DNA of 53,040 bases, the filler included, from Jimgerdemannia flammicorona (lineage: Eukaryota): assembly GCA_003990765.1 (NCBI GenBank). It is 2 parts of 2 records of this genome, joined end to end, with 100 filler letters (N's around TTAATTAATTAA, not from the genome) between each part and the next. Parts side by side here need not be neighbours in the genome. Positions count along the whole stretch, not along the records: positions 26,591 to 53,040 come from RBNJ01000725.1; 1 more part is not named here. One strand, given 5' to 3'. The notes beneath the pieces were generated by a model. That model saw only the letters and a program-made list of their open reading frames with translations, was not told where the DNA came from and did no database searches. Both the position numbers and the translations under genes were made by a program. How positions within the stretch are numbered: position 1 is the stretch's first letter; each line of letters opens with the position of its first letter. Shown one piece after another: positions 36,682 to 49,466 of the stretch.

Positions 36682-39550
36682 TTAATTCAAGCGCGCCCAG
36701 CCCTGCTTGTTCGCTTTCCCGGTCAACGGTTGGTCGTCCTCGTAACTCCATCCCTCTTGATCCGGCTCGCTCAGCCCTCGCACCTGCTCCCATAGCTTCT
36801 TGTGCCGCTGCGTGGCCACGCCGTCCTGCACGGGCTCGTCAGGCCCGTCCATGTCCTGATCGAAGCGGTAAGGCGTCGCAGTTTTGTTAGCGCCGGCAGG
36901 TTCGGCACCGCCCTTCATGGTATTAGGGCGTGGGGAGTAGACGAATAGCGGGTAGTTGTTGTTGGTGGCCGAGGCGCCGGCACCACCTGTTGGAGGGAAC
37001 GCACCCAGTTCGTGCGATGCCGATCCGGGGACCCAGTAAGGGACTGGAGTGCGGGAGCGTTTCCGACGGCGGTAGATGACGTAAGCCGGGATGCCCGCGA
37101 GAGCTAAGAGGGCAAAGAGGCCGAACAGGCTGGAACCGCCGCCGTTGCTAGAAGCGGATTGCGGCGTCGGCGTCGACGTCGACGTTTGCGTGGAGCCAAC
37201 TGAGGCGGTGGTGTTGGGGGTCAGCGTCTGGGAAGAGAAGTCGAAAGAACAATTGGCCGTGGCGGCGCTCCAGCCGGCGGTGAGGTCGGCCGGAGGAGTG
37301 TAGCTGTCCAGCCAAACCCAGTTGACCAGATCAACGATACCGGCGTCATTGAGATATGTCCGGTTGGCTCCATAGCCTGTTTGACGTAAATATACATATC
37401 AGTTTGAGACGTTCTTGGTGACCCTTTCCAGCATTAATCGTGTGCATCAGCCATTCATACTCAAAGCGTTGTCTACTATTCGTCATCTTGTCTCAAAACC
37501 CAATGGTCCACACCATCCAATACAGAACAAAGCACGTCGGAAACTAATCCTCACCATTTATAATCAGCATCAAATTACCAAGTCTGATGGCGGCGTGACC
37601 CCCACGCGGAGCTATTTCGGTCCCGTTCACCTGCTGGTAACGCCACTTCATCGCACACGTATTCAGAACGTACATGGAACCCGTAACTATGAAATCATTG
37701 GTGGTCAATATACCTCCGTAAAGGGCGACGGAAAAGCCATCAGGCGCTGTGGTAGTAGGGACGCAAGTCTTGTTAGAGAATTCGGGACAATGCGGGACAC
37801 TACAATTTCCAATGGGGAACGACAGGGATGCAATACGAACCAGCGACGGCGGAGTGGCTATATGGGTTTCACAAAGAATAACAGATGGGCCACTTTAGTT
37901 CAACCTCCTTAGAGTACGGTATAGTATTCAACTAAGGAAAAATCGAAATTGATTCTTACGAGGTGCGTGAGGCTGGAATATCACCTGTCGTCGGTGACAA
38001 TTCCCAGAGAAGCAGAACAGTATCAAAAACTGAGAATACGTGGAAAAAAAAAAAAAAAAAAAAAACGTTCGGCTGTGCTCCAACCCTCTGATAATAGCCC
38101 ACACCCCTCTAGCTTACTTACCAAGAACATTTTCGAAACCAGCAACAAGTAAGCTCCAGCTTTTCGAGACGGCATCTTGAATACAGTTAATACCGCCCAT
38201 GATAAAGAGTTTGTCCCCGCTGTAGATTCGACGGGAATATCGAATGTCGACAGTGAAATAAAGAGGATCGATGCATGCGGTCGGTAAAAGGTATCAGCGG
38301 GTTTCGAGATATTCTCAATTCCTATCGGTTGTGGGTGTCCATCACAGCCGGGAATGCCAAGAAATCCCTCTCTCCTTGCCCTCCTTCCTCTCTTTCATAC
38401 AGCGTGTGTCATAAAATCCAAAGTATTGAGAACCTACACAGCGGTCATGGTATGCTGATAACGGCCCGGCGGCTTACCCCCCGATTGCAAGACCGGAGTA
38501 TCATAAAAGTTTGTAGCCGTGAAGAGACGATAGAAATCGTTGAACTAGCATCGTTAAAAAAAAAATAAAAATAAAAAAGACGAAGGATAAGAATCGGAGA
38601 TAAATGGTGTAGATCGCGTTAATAACATCGCTACACCACCGCCAATACAATATGGAAAGCCCCACACACACAGAGAGTGAAAGTTCACAACGCGATGCCA
38701 ACGTTCCTGGAGAACTGGAGCGCGCTACTCACATAAGTCCAAGTATTATTGTTACTGGTATCGGTGCCCTCGCCACCAAAGAACCAGACCTCACCGTCCG
38801 CGCCCGGCTCCGCGGCATGAAGCTTCCTGGGGGCCGGTCGGCTTCCCCATATGATAGGCAAACTCCAAGATTGTGTTGTGGCATTGAACATGACCAAATT
38901 GAACGTGTCGTTGAGGTTGCCGTTGTTACCAGCGCCGGCGAAGAGAGAGGTACCATCAGAGGTGGAAAAGGCCACACCTGATTGTGATACAGAAGGAGGC
39001 AGGGGAAGCATGAGCGACAAGCTCGAGAGTTATTTTCGAAGCCGACCTAAGACCCGCCGCACAGAGTCGTGTTAATGTACCTTCGTTGTATCCGTTAAGG
39101 ATGGTTGTGCTGTTGGCGATGGCGCTCAGATCCGTCCATGGAATGCTGGAGAGATTCCAGGGTTGAGATATATCGACAGACCAGAACTGGAAAGAAATCT
39201 AAACGGGAAACCAAAATGAACAGACAGAGACCGAATCAGTCACAGGGTGTTTGACCATTAATGAAGATAAATATCAATAAGACATACGATGCTGCCTGCA
39301 ACGGAATATAGTTTGTTTTGGAGGCGCACTACGCTATTGAGAACAAGAACGAGACGTGTGTGCAAAAGTAAGTAAACGTCAGTGTCATTTCCACCGCAAG
39401 AGAAATGCCTGGCACCCAAAGCAATTGTATGTTGTCTGGAGCTCACTTGAATTCAGTGACGTTGGTTGGTCCAGCGGTGGCTCTGGATGTCATCAGAGAC
39501 AACATGGACAGAGCTGCCAGGGCAACACAGACCGAGACTTTCGGGCTCAT
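36682..39550 (-). CDS. Kelch/beta-propeller single-pass membrane protein, multi-exon
   Basis: Signal peptide MSPKVSVCVALAALS…; kelch motifs (FNATTQSW, PAPRKLHAA, VWFFGG, LFIMGG); Ser/Thr stalk, TM helix (~37085-37135) and cytoplasmic tail ending at 36682. Confidence 0.85.
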
Positions 39551-39880
39551 GGCGGTCAAAGTACTGTATGCTAAGTGTTACAGTGAAGAGAAGAGTGTCC
39601 TGTTTCTTGTCAAGAGGGTATTAAAGTCTTGATAAACATCTCGCCATTTCCGAGCAGTGTTGCACGGCTTGCCCAATTGGCTGAGCTTCCATATGTCCTA
39701 AACAGGGAGATACGTTTAATCGACCACAAATTGCCTAATTGCGAACCTTGTCAAGGAATCGAGGCATGCTCATTTTAGAGGAATTCTGAAGCATGAATCG
39801 ATCACAAAAATCCCACGCTAAATTCGCTGCCATAGCATTTCGGCATAAGTCGGCCGATCGATCGAAGAGGATAATCGAAA

Positions 39881-39913
<33 letters not shown>

Positions 39914-40214
39914 AGAAAAAAAAGACTAAATTGATTTGTGTTTGTTGTGACCCGGCCTTACTCCCGTCATAAGTAGGCTCGAGGTCCTGCGTATGGCTTG
40001 TACAACCTCGACATGTTAGCACTCAAAGTCCATTCAATCGCGGAACCTATTGTGGCCTTTTGTTTTTGATTGTACATTCTTCGAAAAATCTTGTACATAT
40101 TTCATGAACGGATTTGTTATATGGGGCGTGCTGCAACAAAATCAGACAAAGTGAACATTAATTTTGACGTCACTCAATGCATCAGCTCGAAGATTTTATT
40201 TTTGCCATCGCTTT

Positions 40215-41160
40215 GCTTGTAGCTTTTTAATAATGAGAAGGACACAACAAAAGTTCACAAGAAAAGAAGAGCAAAACAGCAACAAGCTTTGTCTAGATTT
40301 TTTCTTCTTATTTATTGATTGTGTCAAGCAATCTTTGCTTGTTCTTGCACTTCTTTGGCTTCTCATTTTGCTCAATATTTAGCAATAGCTTTGATAAAGT
40401 CTTCATTTTTGAGATCTGAAATAGTAGTTTTAAGATGATAGATATTAGGAGCTTTGATGTATCTGTTGACAGCATTATCAGGTAGAATCAAATATTTATC
40501 AGGGAAAAAATCTCTTGTTTTTTCTATTATAACTGGATTATCATCAATAAAAATATCAAAGTCTAGGTTCTCCTCTTTCAATCATATCAATGAGTGAGAT
40601 ATCAACCATTGCCATCTTTAGCAGGAGGATTAGTTTTGATAAACAATAAGTGGGTATTAGGAAAGTTCCTAAAAGTTTTCTGAAAAGGTTTTATTTTTCT
40701 ATAAAATTTAATCACTAGCTAAATCCTTATATTTTCCTTTCAGAGTGGTAGTTAAAATAATTAATTCCTCAATTAATTGACCATCTTGGAGTACTAATAA
40801 TAATTCCTTTTCAATAGAAAGAAAAGATGAATAATTATAAAAAGTAGATTGATCACTATAATATTATTTATCTTTTTAATTTTCTTCTTTCTTCTCAATC
40901 ATCAAGCTTGATAATTCTTTTCTTTTCATCAGAATTATCAGGATCAATGTAGGAAATTTTCATCAATTAGTATTTATTTTAGTATTAGGAGAAAATGAAT
41001 AATCTTTATTCTCATAGAGTATAATTTTTGCTTTCTCTTAAAATCTTTTAAAGTATTCTACAAAATTTATATTTTTCTTACTAACTTCTTAAAGAAGAAA
41101 TAGCTTGAAAGATATTAAACATTCACTCAGTTATAGATGACTTTGACTTTTCTCTCTTTG
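40215..41160 (-). pseudogene. Left-arm HAD-like (5'-nucleotidase-like) gene remnant of probable Mollicutes origin
   Basis: KVKVIYN[TGA] (motif-I-like, 41150-41127); STFYNYSSFLSIEKELL…LIEELIILT; [TGA]LKEENLDFDIFIDDNPVII (HAD motif IV-like D..IDD); hydrophobic C-terminal tail. Intronless, decayed. Confidence 0.6.
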
Positions 41161-41829
41161 AGTTTAACTTACTCTTTGATAAAAGTATAGAGAGAGTTAG
41201 TTTTATTTTGATTATTTATATTTTTACAACTTTAGTAATATAAATAATTTTATTTATTAATTATGTAGTTTTGGATAAGTAATATATATCTTTAAATTTA
41301 TCTCTGACAAATAGGCAAATATTATAATAAAGATATTCCTGATATTTAAATTCTAGCATTAGAAATAACAAGGTCTTGATTTTTTTTATACTCTTTAAAC
41401 TCTCAAACTTACTGGTTTTTAATAACTTGAATTCTTGAAAAGAACTGTTTGCAACTTCTTAGACTTTAACAATACCTAGATTTGCTCTAGTGAAAAAAAA
41501 AATATTGAAACTTTTATAAACTAGACAATTTTTTAAAATATATTTCCAGACTACTTATAATGTTATAATATTGAAAATCTTTATTACTATTATAATGCTA
41601 AGCTTTATTTAATCTAACAATGCTAGATCTTTTTACTATATTGCAGATATAGTCTATATAGTCTATCATAGTTTTATGATAAAGTCTTTTAATCAAGCTA
41701 AAACTACCATACATTTAAATTTAGTATAATCTAAAACTATAAAATTAGCTCAATAGTTTCATAATAACCAGTAATTATCAGATATAAATATATAAAACCA
41801 AAGAGTAGTATTGTTTTTATTTTATTTAT

Positions 41830-42660
41830 CTACATTATTATAAGTAACTTTTAAATACTTTTCTTCTTTATTTAATTGCTTAATACTATCAAATATTAGG
41901 CTAAGAGTACCATTCAGACCTGTTTTAAAAAGCTTATTCTCATCTAGTATATAATTAATTTACTCATATACTACTTTATTTTAGATTTCAAACAACTATA
42001 CTAAGATAATATATTTTACTGATTTATTAATTTGAATAAGATATATAGATATTTTGGACTTAGTTATAACTGTAATAGACAGTAGTATCAATGTCTTTAG
42101 AACTTGTTAGTATTAGCTTAAAAAGAGGATCTGGTTGAAGAATTAATAATTTTAACTGTTGCTATGAAAGAGAGGTATCCTAATAATAGTGGTAATCCTA
42201 AAAAAATTAAACCATTTTCCTCAATGTAAATTAAAATTCATCCTAACTGTCAAGAAAATGATGATTATTTTCCTCTAAGATGGGTATGAATACTCTGGAT
42301 TTCAATATTTTTATTGAAGATAATCCAGTTATAATAGAAAAAACAAGAGATTTTTTCCCTGATAAATGTTTGATTCTACCTGATTATGCTCCCAACAGAT
42401 GCATCAAAGCTCTGAATATTTATCTTCTTAAAACCACTGTTTCCGATCTCAAAGATGAAGACTTTGTCCAAGCTGCTACCAAATTTGAGCCAAGTAAGAA
42501 GCCAAAGAAGCCTAAAAACAAGCCAAGATTGCTCAGCACAATTAGCAAATAAGAAGACAAAATTGAGACAAAGCTGGTGTTGTTTATGGTCTGCTTTTTC
42601 TGGTGAACTTCTATTGTGTTCTTCTCATCATTAAAAAGTGATGAACAAATGGCAAATAAA
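41830..42660 (+). pseudogene. Right-arm paralog of the HAD-like gene
   Basis: EDLVEELIILTVAMKERYPNNSGNPKK; RWV[TGA]I…DFNIFIEDNPVIIEKTRDFFPDK…; hydrophobic tail at ~42575-42635. 5' boundary approximate. Confidence 0.6.
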
Positions 42661-42799
42661 ATCTTCGAACTGATGCATTGAGTGACGTCAAATGTTCACT
42701 GTCTGGTTTTATTGCAGCACGCCCCATATATAATTATATGCTTAATCTGATCACAAAGTACACAATTCACGTTGCACCCCCTCCCCAAAACCGCAACGT

Positions 42800-44240
42800 T
42801 CAGATGAACGCACTGAACCCAACTGACACTGTCACTATTCCAGCGACCGCCCACGACGCGGATCTGCCTATCCCGCTCGTCGCGCTCACCCTCGACGACG
42901 TCCCGCCGCTGTGCTGGCTCCCAACCGCCCCTGGCTGGTCCATGCCGGTCTTTGGATTCGCGACGGCCGCCTTGCACACGTACCCGTTCCCTTTGACAAC
43001 GCCGTTCTGCCAGCCGTCGATGGACGAGCACTTAAATTGGTTGCTCGTAGTCTGAACGTTCATACTGCCACGTACGTCATTGATGTTCGGAAGCTGGAAC
43101 GAGTCGAACGCACCCGTGACGTCGACGGTCCCATCCACCTCTTGGAGTTGCGGAAAGCCAATGATGGATCTCAAATTGGTGTTGTTGACGATGGAGAGGG
43201 CGCCGCCGAGAAAGGAGAGGGAGGGCATGGAGAGGTTGGCAAGTTGGTTATTAGCTATGATTGTCAGGGTGCCGCCGATGCGCGTCAGATTGCTGAAGGT
43301 GAGAGATTGGAAGGCATTCTGGTTGAACGAGAGGTCGCCCTCGACAGTGCTGAGGGATGGTAGGTTGAGCGCGCCGACGTTATCAAAGGTACCATTGTTT
43401 ATGGTAGTGAGGTTGGGCGCCTGGAATCAATGGTGTTGTCCGAAGGAAAGAGAAGTCAATGGAGGTTTGTCAGTATGATGCTCCCTTGTATATATGTTGT
43501 TGTCATATATACGTGAAATGAGATTCATCACTCGCCTTAACATCGACGGAATTCTGTCCATTCGCCGTCACATAAATCCCCTTCGTCAGCTCCAGCCTCG
43601 GTAAATCGACCAGCTTCAGATACAAATTGTTCGACACTATCACACTTGTCGCCCTCGTGAAACTCAGTCCGGCGGCTTTGGTGATGTACGTGTCAGCGAT
43701 ATGTAGGCTATTAACCTGGTTCAGCCCCTGCGGGAACACCAGCGCGTCAAGTGCCGGTGCTACCAAGACGGAGAAGGAGTCCACGTCCGTCAAGGCTGGC
43801 ATGTCAAGGGTGCTCATAACGGTGTGATTGGTTATCGATAGCTGGCCGGTGACACCCTGGAGGTTGGGGAAGGATACGCGCGCCGTGTTGAGATTGTTGG
43901 CGAGTAGCAGATTTCCGTTGATGACCTGGACGCCGGCGAGTGTGATGGTCGGGATGCCGAGGTTGGCGATGGTGATGGTCCCCGTGAAGGTCTGGCAGTT
44001 GGAGATGCTGTCCAGGTCAGATTGGGACTGAACAGGAAGCTCCCGGGAGCAGCCAGCGCCGGCTTGGCCTGTGGAGATATCGAGCATATGGGTCGCAATG
44101 GAAGAGAGTGTTAGCTCGTTATTACAGTCGTTTTGGTTGGAAATTTAGTTAACATGGGCGAAGCTTCCGAACCTACATATGCTCCCGAATGGCCTAGTTC
44201 CTAGGACAAGAAACAGCAGAACGATTCTCAACACAAGCAT
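42800..44240 (-). CDS. Ecm33/Pst1/Meu10-like GPI-anchored cell-wall protein (receptor L-domain repeats), 3 exons
   Basis: Signal exon MLVLRIVLLFLVLG… (ATG 44240) splices in phase to C-QAGAGC; SQSDLDSISNCQTFTGTITI; L-domain LRR-like repeats; C-terminal S/G omega region and hydrophobic GPI signal ending …VGFSAFI*. Confidence 0.88.
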
Positions 44241-44878
44241 TCCTTGAGTGTTCAGAAATATATTTGTAATGTGTAAGCTGAAGACAATGGATGTGAGAAC
44301 CGAAAGATGGCTATTCCTTTTTTACTTTTTTTTTACCAGTTTAACGAACCAGTAAAGAACCACATAAATGAAATCCAATATTAAAGTCGGCATCCCGGCA
44401 AGAGCCCAAAAAATGCTGCGCAAATATTGAGTTGAGTCACCTGTAAATTGAAACCATCGTCATTTTTAGTACATTAATCTTATTATTCTTAGAGCATTCT
44501 TGAATGCGCGAAGAGTTGGTGGGTCTATCAAATATAAAGATTTTAGTCCTTACTGAGCCGACCCATCATGCGATGAAATGAATTCTCGTTATCTTTGGGC
44601 CAAGAGATGAAGGCGGCGATCCGAATCCGAAACATATGTATGCAAGTCTGGACAGTAGGGCGAGAGGCGCAAAAGCTGCCACCAACAAATTTATGGGATG
44701 CGGCAAAATGGCCCCGATTCATTCCTAGAACAAAGAACACCTTTTTTATCCTGCTGGTCGGGGTCAACATGTCCTTTACACACAGCGGCTCTCTTGTATA
44801 GAAAACCCGGTTACAGTTATTTTTTGTTGAAGGTAAAGTTTATGTTTATCCACGCTTACGACATCTACCGTTCATCAA

Positions 44879-45830
44879 TCAATACCTTCTTACCACTCCG
44901 TCCCTCCCCGCACACACCACGCCCTGCTTTCCCAAAAGCCGTAGGTTGGCGATCGGATCCATGTCAAACCCAGAATACTCGTGCGTGACTCGCAGCGATG
45001 ATGGATCAGCGGAGAGGAGAGGGCTGGTTTGGCACGCGGCGCCATCAACTAGTATGATAACAATGGTAAGAAACTCTATTTCACCGACATCAAGTCCACT
45101 TTCGTTTTCATACAACTTGTCCGTATAGGAAGTATTCATACCAGTCGCAATGAACAGCACCGGTGCTCCTTTGTCATCTTTTGAGATAACAACATCCTGG
45201 ATTGGATACTCATTACGATAGAATGTCACAAGCGGTTTGCTATCGTTATTTGTTGAAAAAAAGTGAGAGTATGAACGCGATGATGTACAGTTCAAAAATT
45301 GTACCCGGTGTAGAGTACTGTCTAGAAATCGAGGGTTAAAAAAACAAAATAATCATGACGCACCTGATATCTCTTAAATCCCAAGCATTAATCACGCCTT
45401 GCGCATCACCTGACACGACTAGATTCCATTGTGGCGCGTAGGCACACGCAATCGAAGCGGCCGATTTTGCGGATGTTGCGAAAACCTGATGTGGTTATGG
45501 CGTTGCGAATCCAATCAAAAATCGAAGCCGTAAGACGAGCCAAAAAAAAAAAAAAAAAACCCCCCAACGATCGAAGAGTAGCAATAGCACGTAAACGTAG
45601 ATCTTATCATACTTCAGCCTTGCTCCTCAGGTCGATTCCCCGCAAAGAACCATCGCTCACAGCTGCGAGCAAGAGTTTATCTTCCGTTTCCACCTCCCTC
45701 GAATCTATGTAACCGAGGCCAAATTGAAAGGTCACAAAATAGTAATGGTTAGTCTTGTGCCTAATAGAAACAAATGTCGTGAATAAAATTGAGAGTAACG
45801 AGATACGATGCTCCGGTTCAATTTGTCCAC

Positions 45831-45867
<37 letters not shown>

Positions 45868-47582
45868 AGAGACAACATACCCACTTCAACCTCGACATCT
45901 CCGCCACCGCGCAATGTGCTCGGCACCGTACCAATGGCAATCTTGTTCACGGGTGTGGCATAGTTGCCCAGCGTCGAGATGGTGGCCGCAGAGCCTTTGT
46001 GGATTAATAACAAGGACACAGTAAATGAGGGAGAGAATGTGCCAGGAGTACAAAATGTTGAGCAGCCGCCACAGGCCACAGGAGCCACGAAACAGTGATG
46101 TAGTCCATGCTTACCACACTCCCAAAGTTTGATCGTGCCATCCCGCGAAGATGCTTTGTGTTCGATCGTTTGTGATGTCCAAGAGATATCAAAGGGGAGG
46201 TATAGCCACGGGTGTGCGACCAGTAATAAGCAATGATGTCATGCAACGCCTCTGTGCAATCCCGCCCGCTATATGACGGCCCGAAAAGTTCTTGTACAGC
46301 AGGTATACATACACAATACATTCTTCCCGCGTGAGATTATTGCTGTATCACTGATGCCTAGGTCCGATTGTCCGTACCAACGATAATTCGAGAGTAAAAA
46401 AAAGAAAGGAATCACGTAAGAATGAACGCCATCACCCATATCGCCGGTCAGATATGGCATTTTTCAACTAGCTCCCCTCTCGCGTCTTTCCGCAAAAATA
46501 TATCATTAGATCATACACCGAATCAACCCGACTTCTCGTACCTGCCCTGTGCCCCTTCAGCGTGACTGGGTTGAGACCGTCCAGAGCAGACCATATCCGG
46601 AGTTGGAAATCGGAAGCGCCGCTGAGGATTACTGAAGACAGGTGGGTACAGGTAAATGAAAGTACACTAGTTTTATCTCAACCAGCATTCTGATTACAAC
46701 TCGGTCTCAACGGCGATGTTACCTTGTCCGCTGGGAAAGAATCGGCATGTTGTGATGTCGCCGAAATGTCCCTTCAGATCTCTCTGCGAGTGCAGTTGAA
46801 CAGCAAGGGTCGGCGAAAATCAGTAAGGACACTGTAGCAACATGTTTCACCTTTCTAATACAACTCGACGATAACGATACAAAAGTGTCATGGTGCCATG
46901 CAACTCACACGAATGGCACCCCCATCCAGTTCGCCAATTTTTAGGTCTCCCGCGTCGCCTCCAACAACAAAGAGTTCGCCTCCAGGAGAAACGTCAATGC
47001 TGTTGATCTTAATGGTGATAGTGGCAAAAGTTCAAGGGTTCAGCGAAGGGGTGGAAAGCCTTGGCATTCAATTGAGCGACATTGATAGATTGATGTCGCA
47101 ACCAAAAATTACCGACTTACAGGTTTGGGAATGCGCGTTGGCGAGTCAGTCACCTTGTAAGCCGCGCGAGGGGCGTGCACGGTGACATTGGAAATGTCCT
47201 GAGCAGGGTAGGAGATTTTAATGGTTTTCTGTGAGGTTTCCAAAATGATGAAATAAAAAGGCGGTTGGCAGGGACGGATGTCAGGAGGGTTTTTCTTGAG
47301 TATATGAAATCGAGCGAGCAAAGAACAGACGAGGCAGAGTTTTACATGATTCACGAGGGTGACTTCCATGCCACCCTCGCCTGTAAGCTCCACGCCCGCA
47401 TGACCTGAATCGGCTTTGCGTACGGTTACGGAGGTATGGATAGAGGCACCCTTTCCATGGCCATAGGCCGAGATCCAGAAGGTGTCTGTAGAGTTGGTGG
47501 GCTTGTCATGCGCACAAGCAACGTCTGCTATGGCTTCGTGCCAGTCGTGCTGGACAGAGATGTAGGGGAGTTGCAGCAGCAT
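44879..47582 (-). CDS. PAAF1: Proteasomal ATPase-associated factor 1 / Rpn14 (WD40), multi-exon
   Basis: N-terminal ISVQHDW…FWISAY; INSIDVSPGG; LKGHFGDITTCRFFPSG; ILSGASDFQLRIWS…PVTLKGH; ISDTAIISRGKNV; GRDGVVRRY*. Confidence 0.85.
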
Positions 47583-47697
47583 GATTACGACAAGGAGAGA
47601 GAGGTGAGGAGAGTGAGTGGCTGACGCGACCTTGTAATTAATTAATTGCAGTCACGGTCAACGCGACTTTCTTCCACGTCTTCCACCATCCACCATC
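47583..47697. promoter_or_regulatory. 115-bp bidirectional intergenic region (PAAF1 / metaxin)
   Basis: Head-to-head ATGs at 47582 and 47698; two ACGCGAC copies flank a TAATTAATTAATT core. Confidence 0.55.
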
Positions 47698-49042
47698 ATG
47701 CTCTCCCTGTTTCCCATCAAGACCTTCCCCCCCGTCTTCGACCCAACACCCTTCCCGAAGCCTACCCTCTACACATATGGCCCCGGCTGGAGGAACCAAC
47801 TTCTCAGCTTCGACCCTGACTGCCTCAAGTGGCAAGCCTATCTCACCTTCTGCCGAGTCGACTTCGGCCTGTACAACTGCAACGAGCCGCTCGCCTCGCC
47901 CTCCGGTAAAGACACGATATTGTGCACCGTTGCGGATCTGTTTCCCACAAGGTAACTCTGAACTAAACTTATCGCTCCTCCACGTTTATTCTAGGCAAGC
48001 TGCCTTTCCTGGCGATGCCCACGGGTGAGACTCTTTACGACGAGCAGATCACCTTCTGGCTTAGGAAGAACGTAGGTGGACCTACTCAGAAAACGCATCA
48101 TGGGCATTCATCAGCATTTTGATACTATGGTCTCGGCTAATTAAATCATGGCTGATCTATTTCTACTATGTCAACCTCAGGAGACCGAAAAGAAACTGGC
48201 CGAAGATTCTGAGGACGCCGAGGCGACTGCCTTCATCTCGCTCGCCGAAACGAAGTTGCGCACAGCCCTGGTCAGTCGGTCACTCATCGATCGTCAAAAC
48301 ATGAACTTTTGCCACTGCATCCTTACATTTCGCCCATTGTTCTCCGTTTCTTCGTACCCCCACTCCAAACCAGCTCTTCTCCTTCTTCCTCGAGCCACGC
48401 AACATGAGTGAAGCCACGGGCCCAAAATACTTTGGCCACTACGCGAAACCCATCGACGCCATCATCCAGCACCGGAAGAAGAACGCCATTATCCAGCGGA
48501 TGTTGGCCAAGCGCGCCCTCCTTGTGGCAGATGAGGTAAGCATACGTGATCGAGCTCTCGGATTGATTTTGGCGACGAGGAAACCCAAGGCATTTTCCAA
48601 CATGCACCGTATTATAAGACACATCCACGTTTATCGACTGACCGTATCAAGAGCTGACATATATTTCCCTATCAAGGTCTACCAGGACGCAGCGGACGCC
48701 TTGTTGTCCTTTTCCACAAAACTGGGCGATGAGCAGTATTTCTTCGGATCAAGGTGAATCCTGTACCCCAACTTCATTTCCCCCAAACTGCAACAACTTC
48801 GTTAACCCAAGGTTTTCTTCTCTTACCACTCCAACCTTCCTACATACAGCCACCCGACCTTCCTCGATGCTACCGTCTTCGCCTACTTGCACACCATCCT
48901 TGTCCCCCCGCAGATCGCCGCCACTGAAGAGAACGCAGACGACGCAACCCGACTCCGCGAGCTGGTGATGAAACATGACAACCTGGTGAATTTCGCGAGG
49001 AACGTATACAAGACCTGGTGGACGCCGGAGAAGGCCAGATAG
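47698..49042 (+). CDS. Metaxin (Sam35/metaxin-2-like SAM complex subunit), multi-exon
   Basis: FPIKTF…SFDPDCLKWQAYL…ASPSG|KLPFL (metaxin N-domain); LSFSTKLGDEQYFFG and PTFLDATVFAYLH (GST-C-like); stop at 49040-49042. Confidence 0.88.
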
Positions 49043-49466
49043 AGCGCAAAAGGTGCACTGAAAAGCATGTGTGGGCGATAGATGAATTTACGGCGGGTGT
49101 AAATGTAAATTGGGGTGATTTTTGTTATATGGAAAATAAAGTGGACGTGCATCAACTACATTTGTTGATACAATGCTCGGTTTCCATTCATAGTATTCTG
49201 GATAAAATATGAAAAAATAACCTACGATTGATTGACTAAATAGACAAGAAAGTTCGACTGAATTGTGCTGGTGTAATGACACACACACACACATATATAT
49301 ATATACGAATTATGTATATATTTATACATTATATATATAAGATGGATGTCTGAACGAGCAAAGGTATAACGAACGTAATACTTAAATTTCTAATTCACTT
49401 CAAGCTTGCTTGAGTCCGTTCGACAAGATTGTCATTTTTAATCATCACACGCTCCACGCTTCATCC

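Larger units (their letters stand above)
40120..42728. mobile_element. ~2.6-kb TIR-bounded AT-rich element with TA ends, carrying two inverted endobacterial-type genes
   Basis: Left TATATGGGGCGTGCTGCAA (40118-40136) is the reverse complement of right TTGCAGCACGCCCCATATA (42712-42730). Inverted similarity runs ~450 bp inward (40118-~40567 vs ~42294-42730). Sharp AT-rich, CpG-poor interior. Confidence 0.85.
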
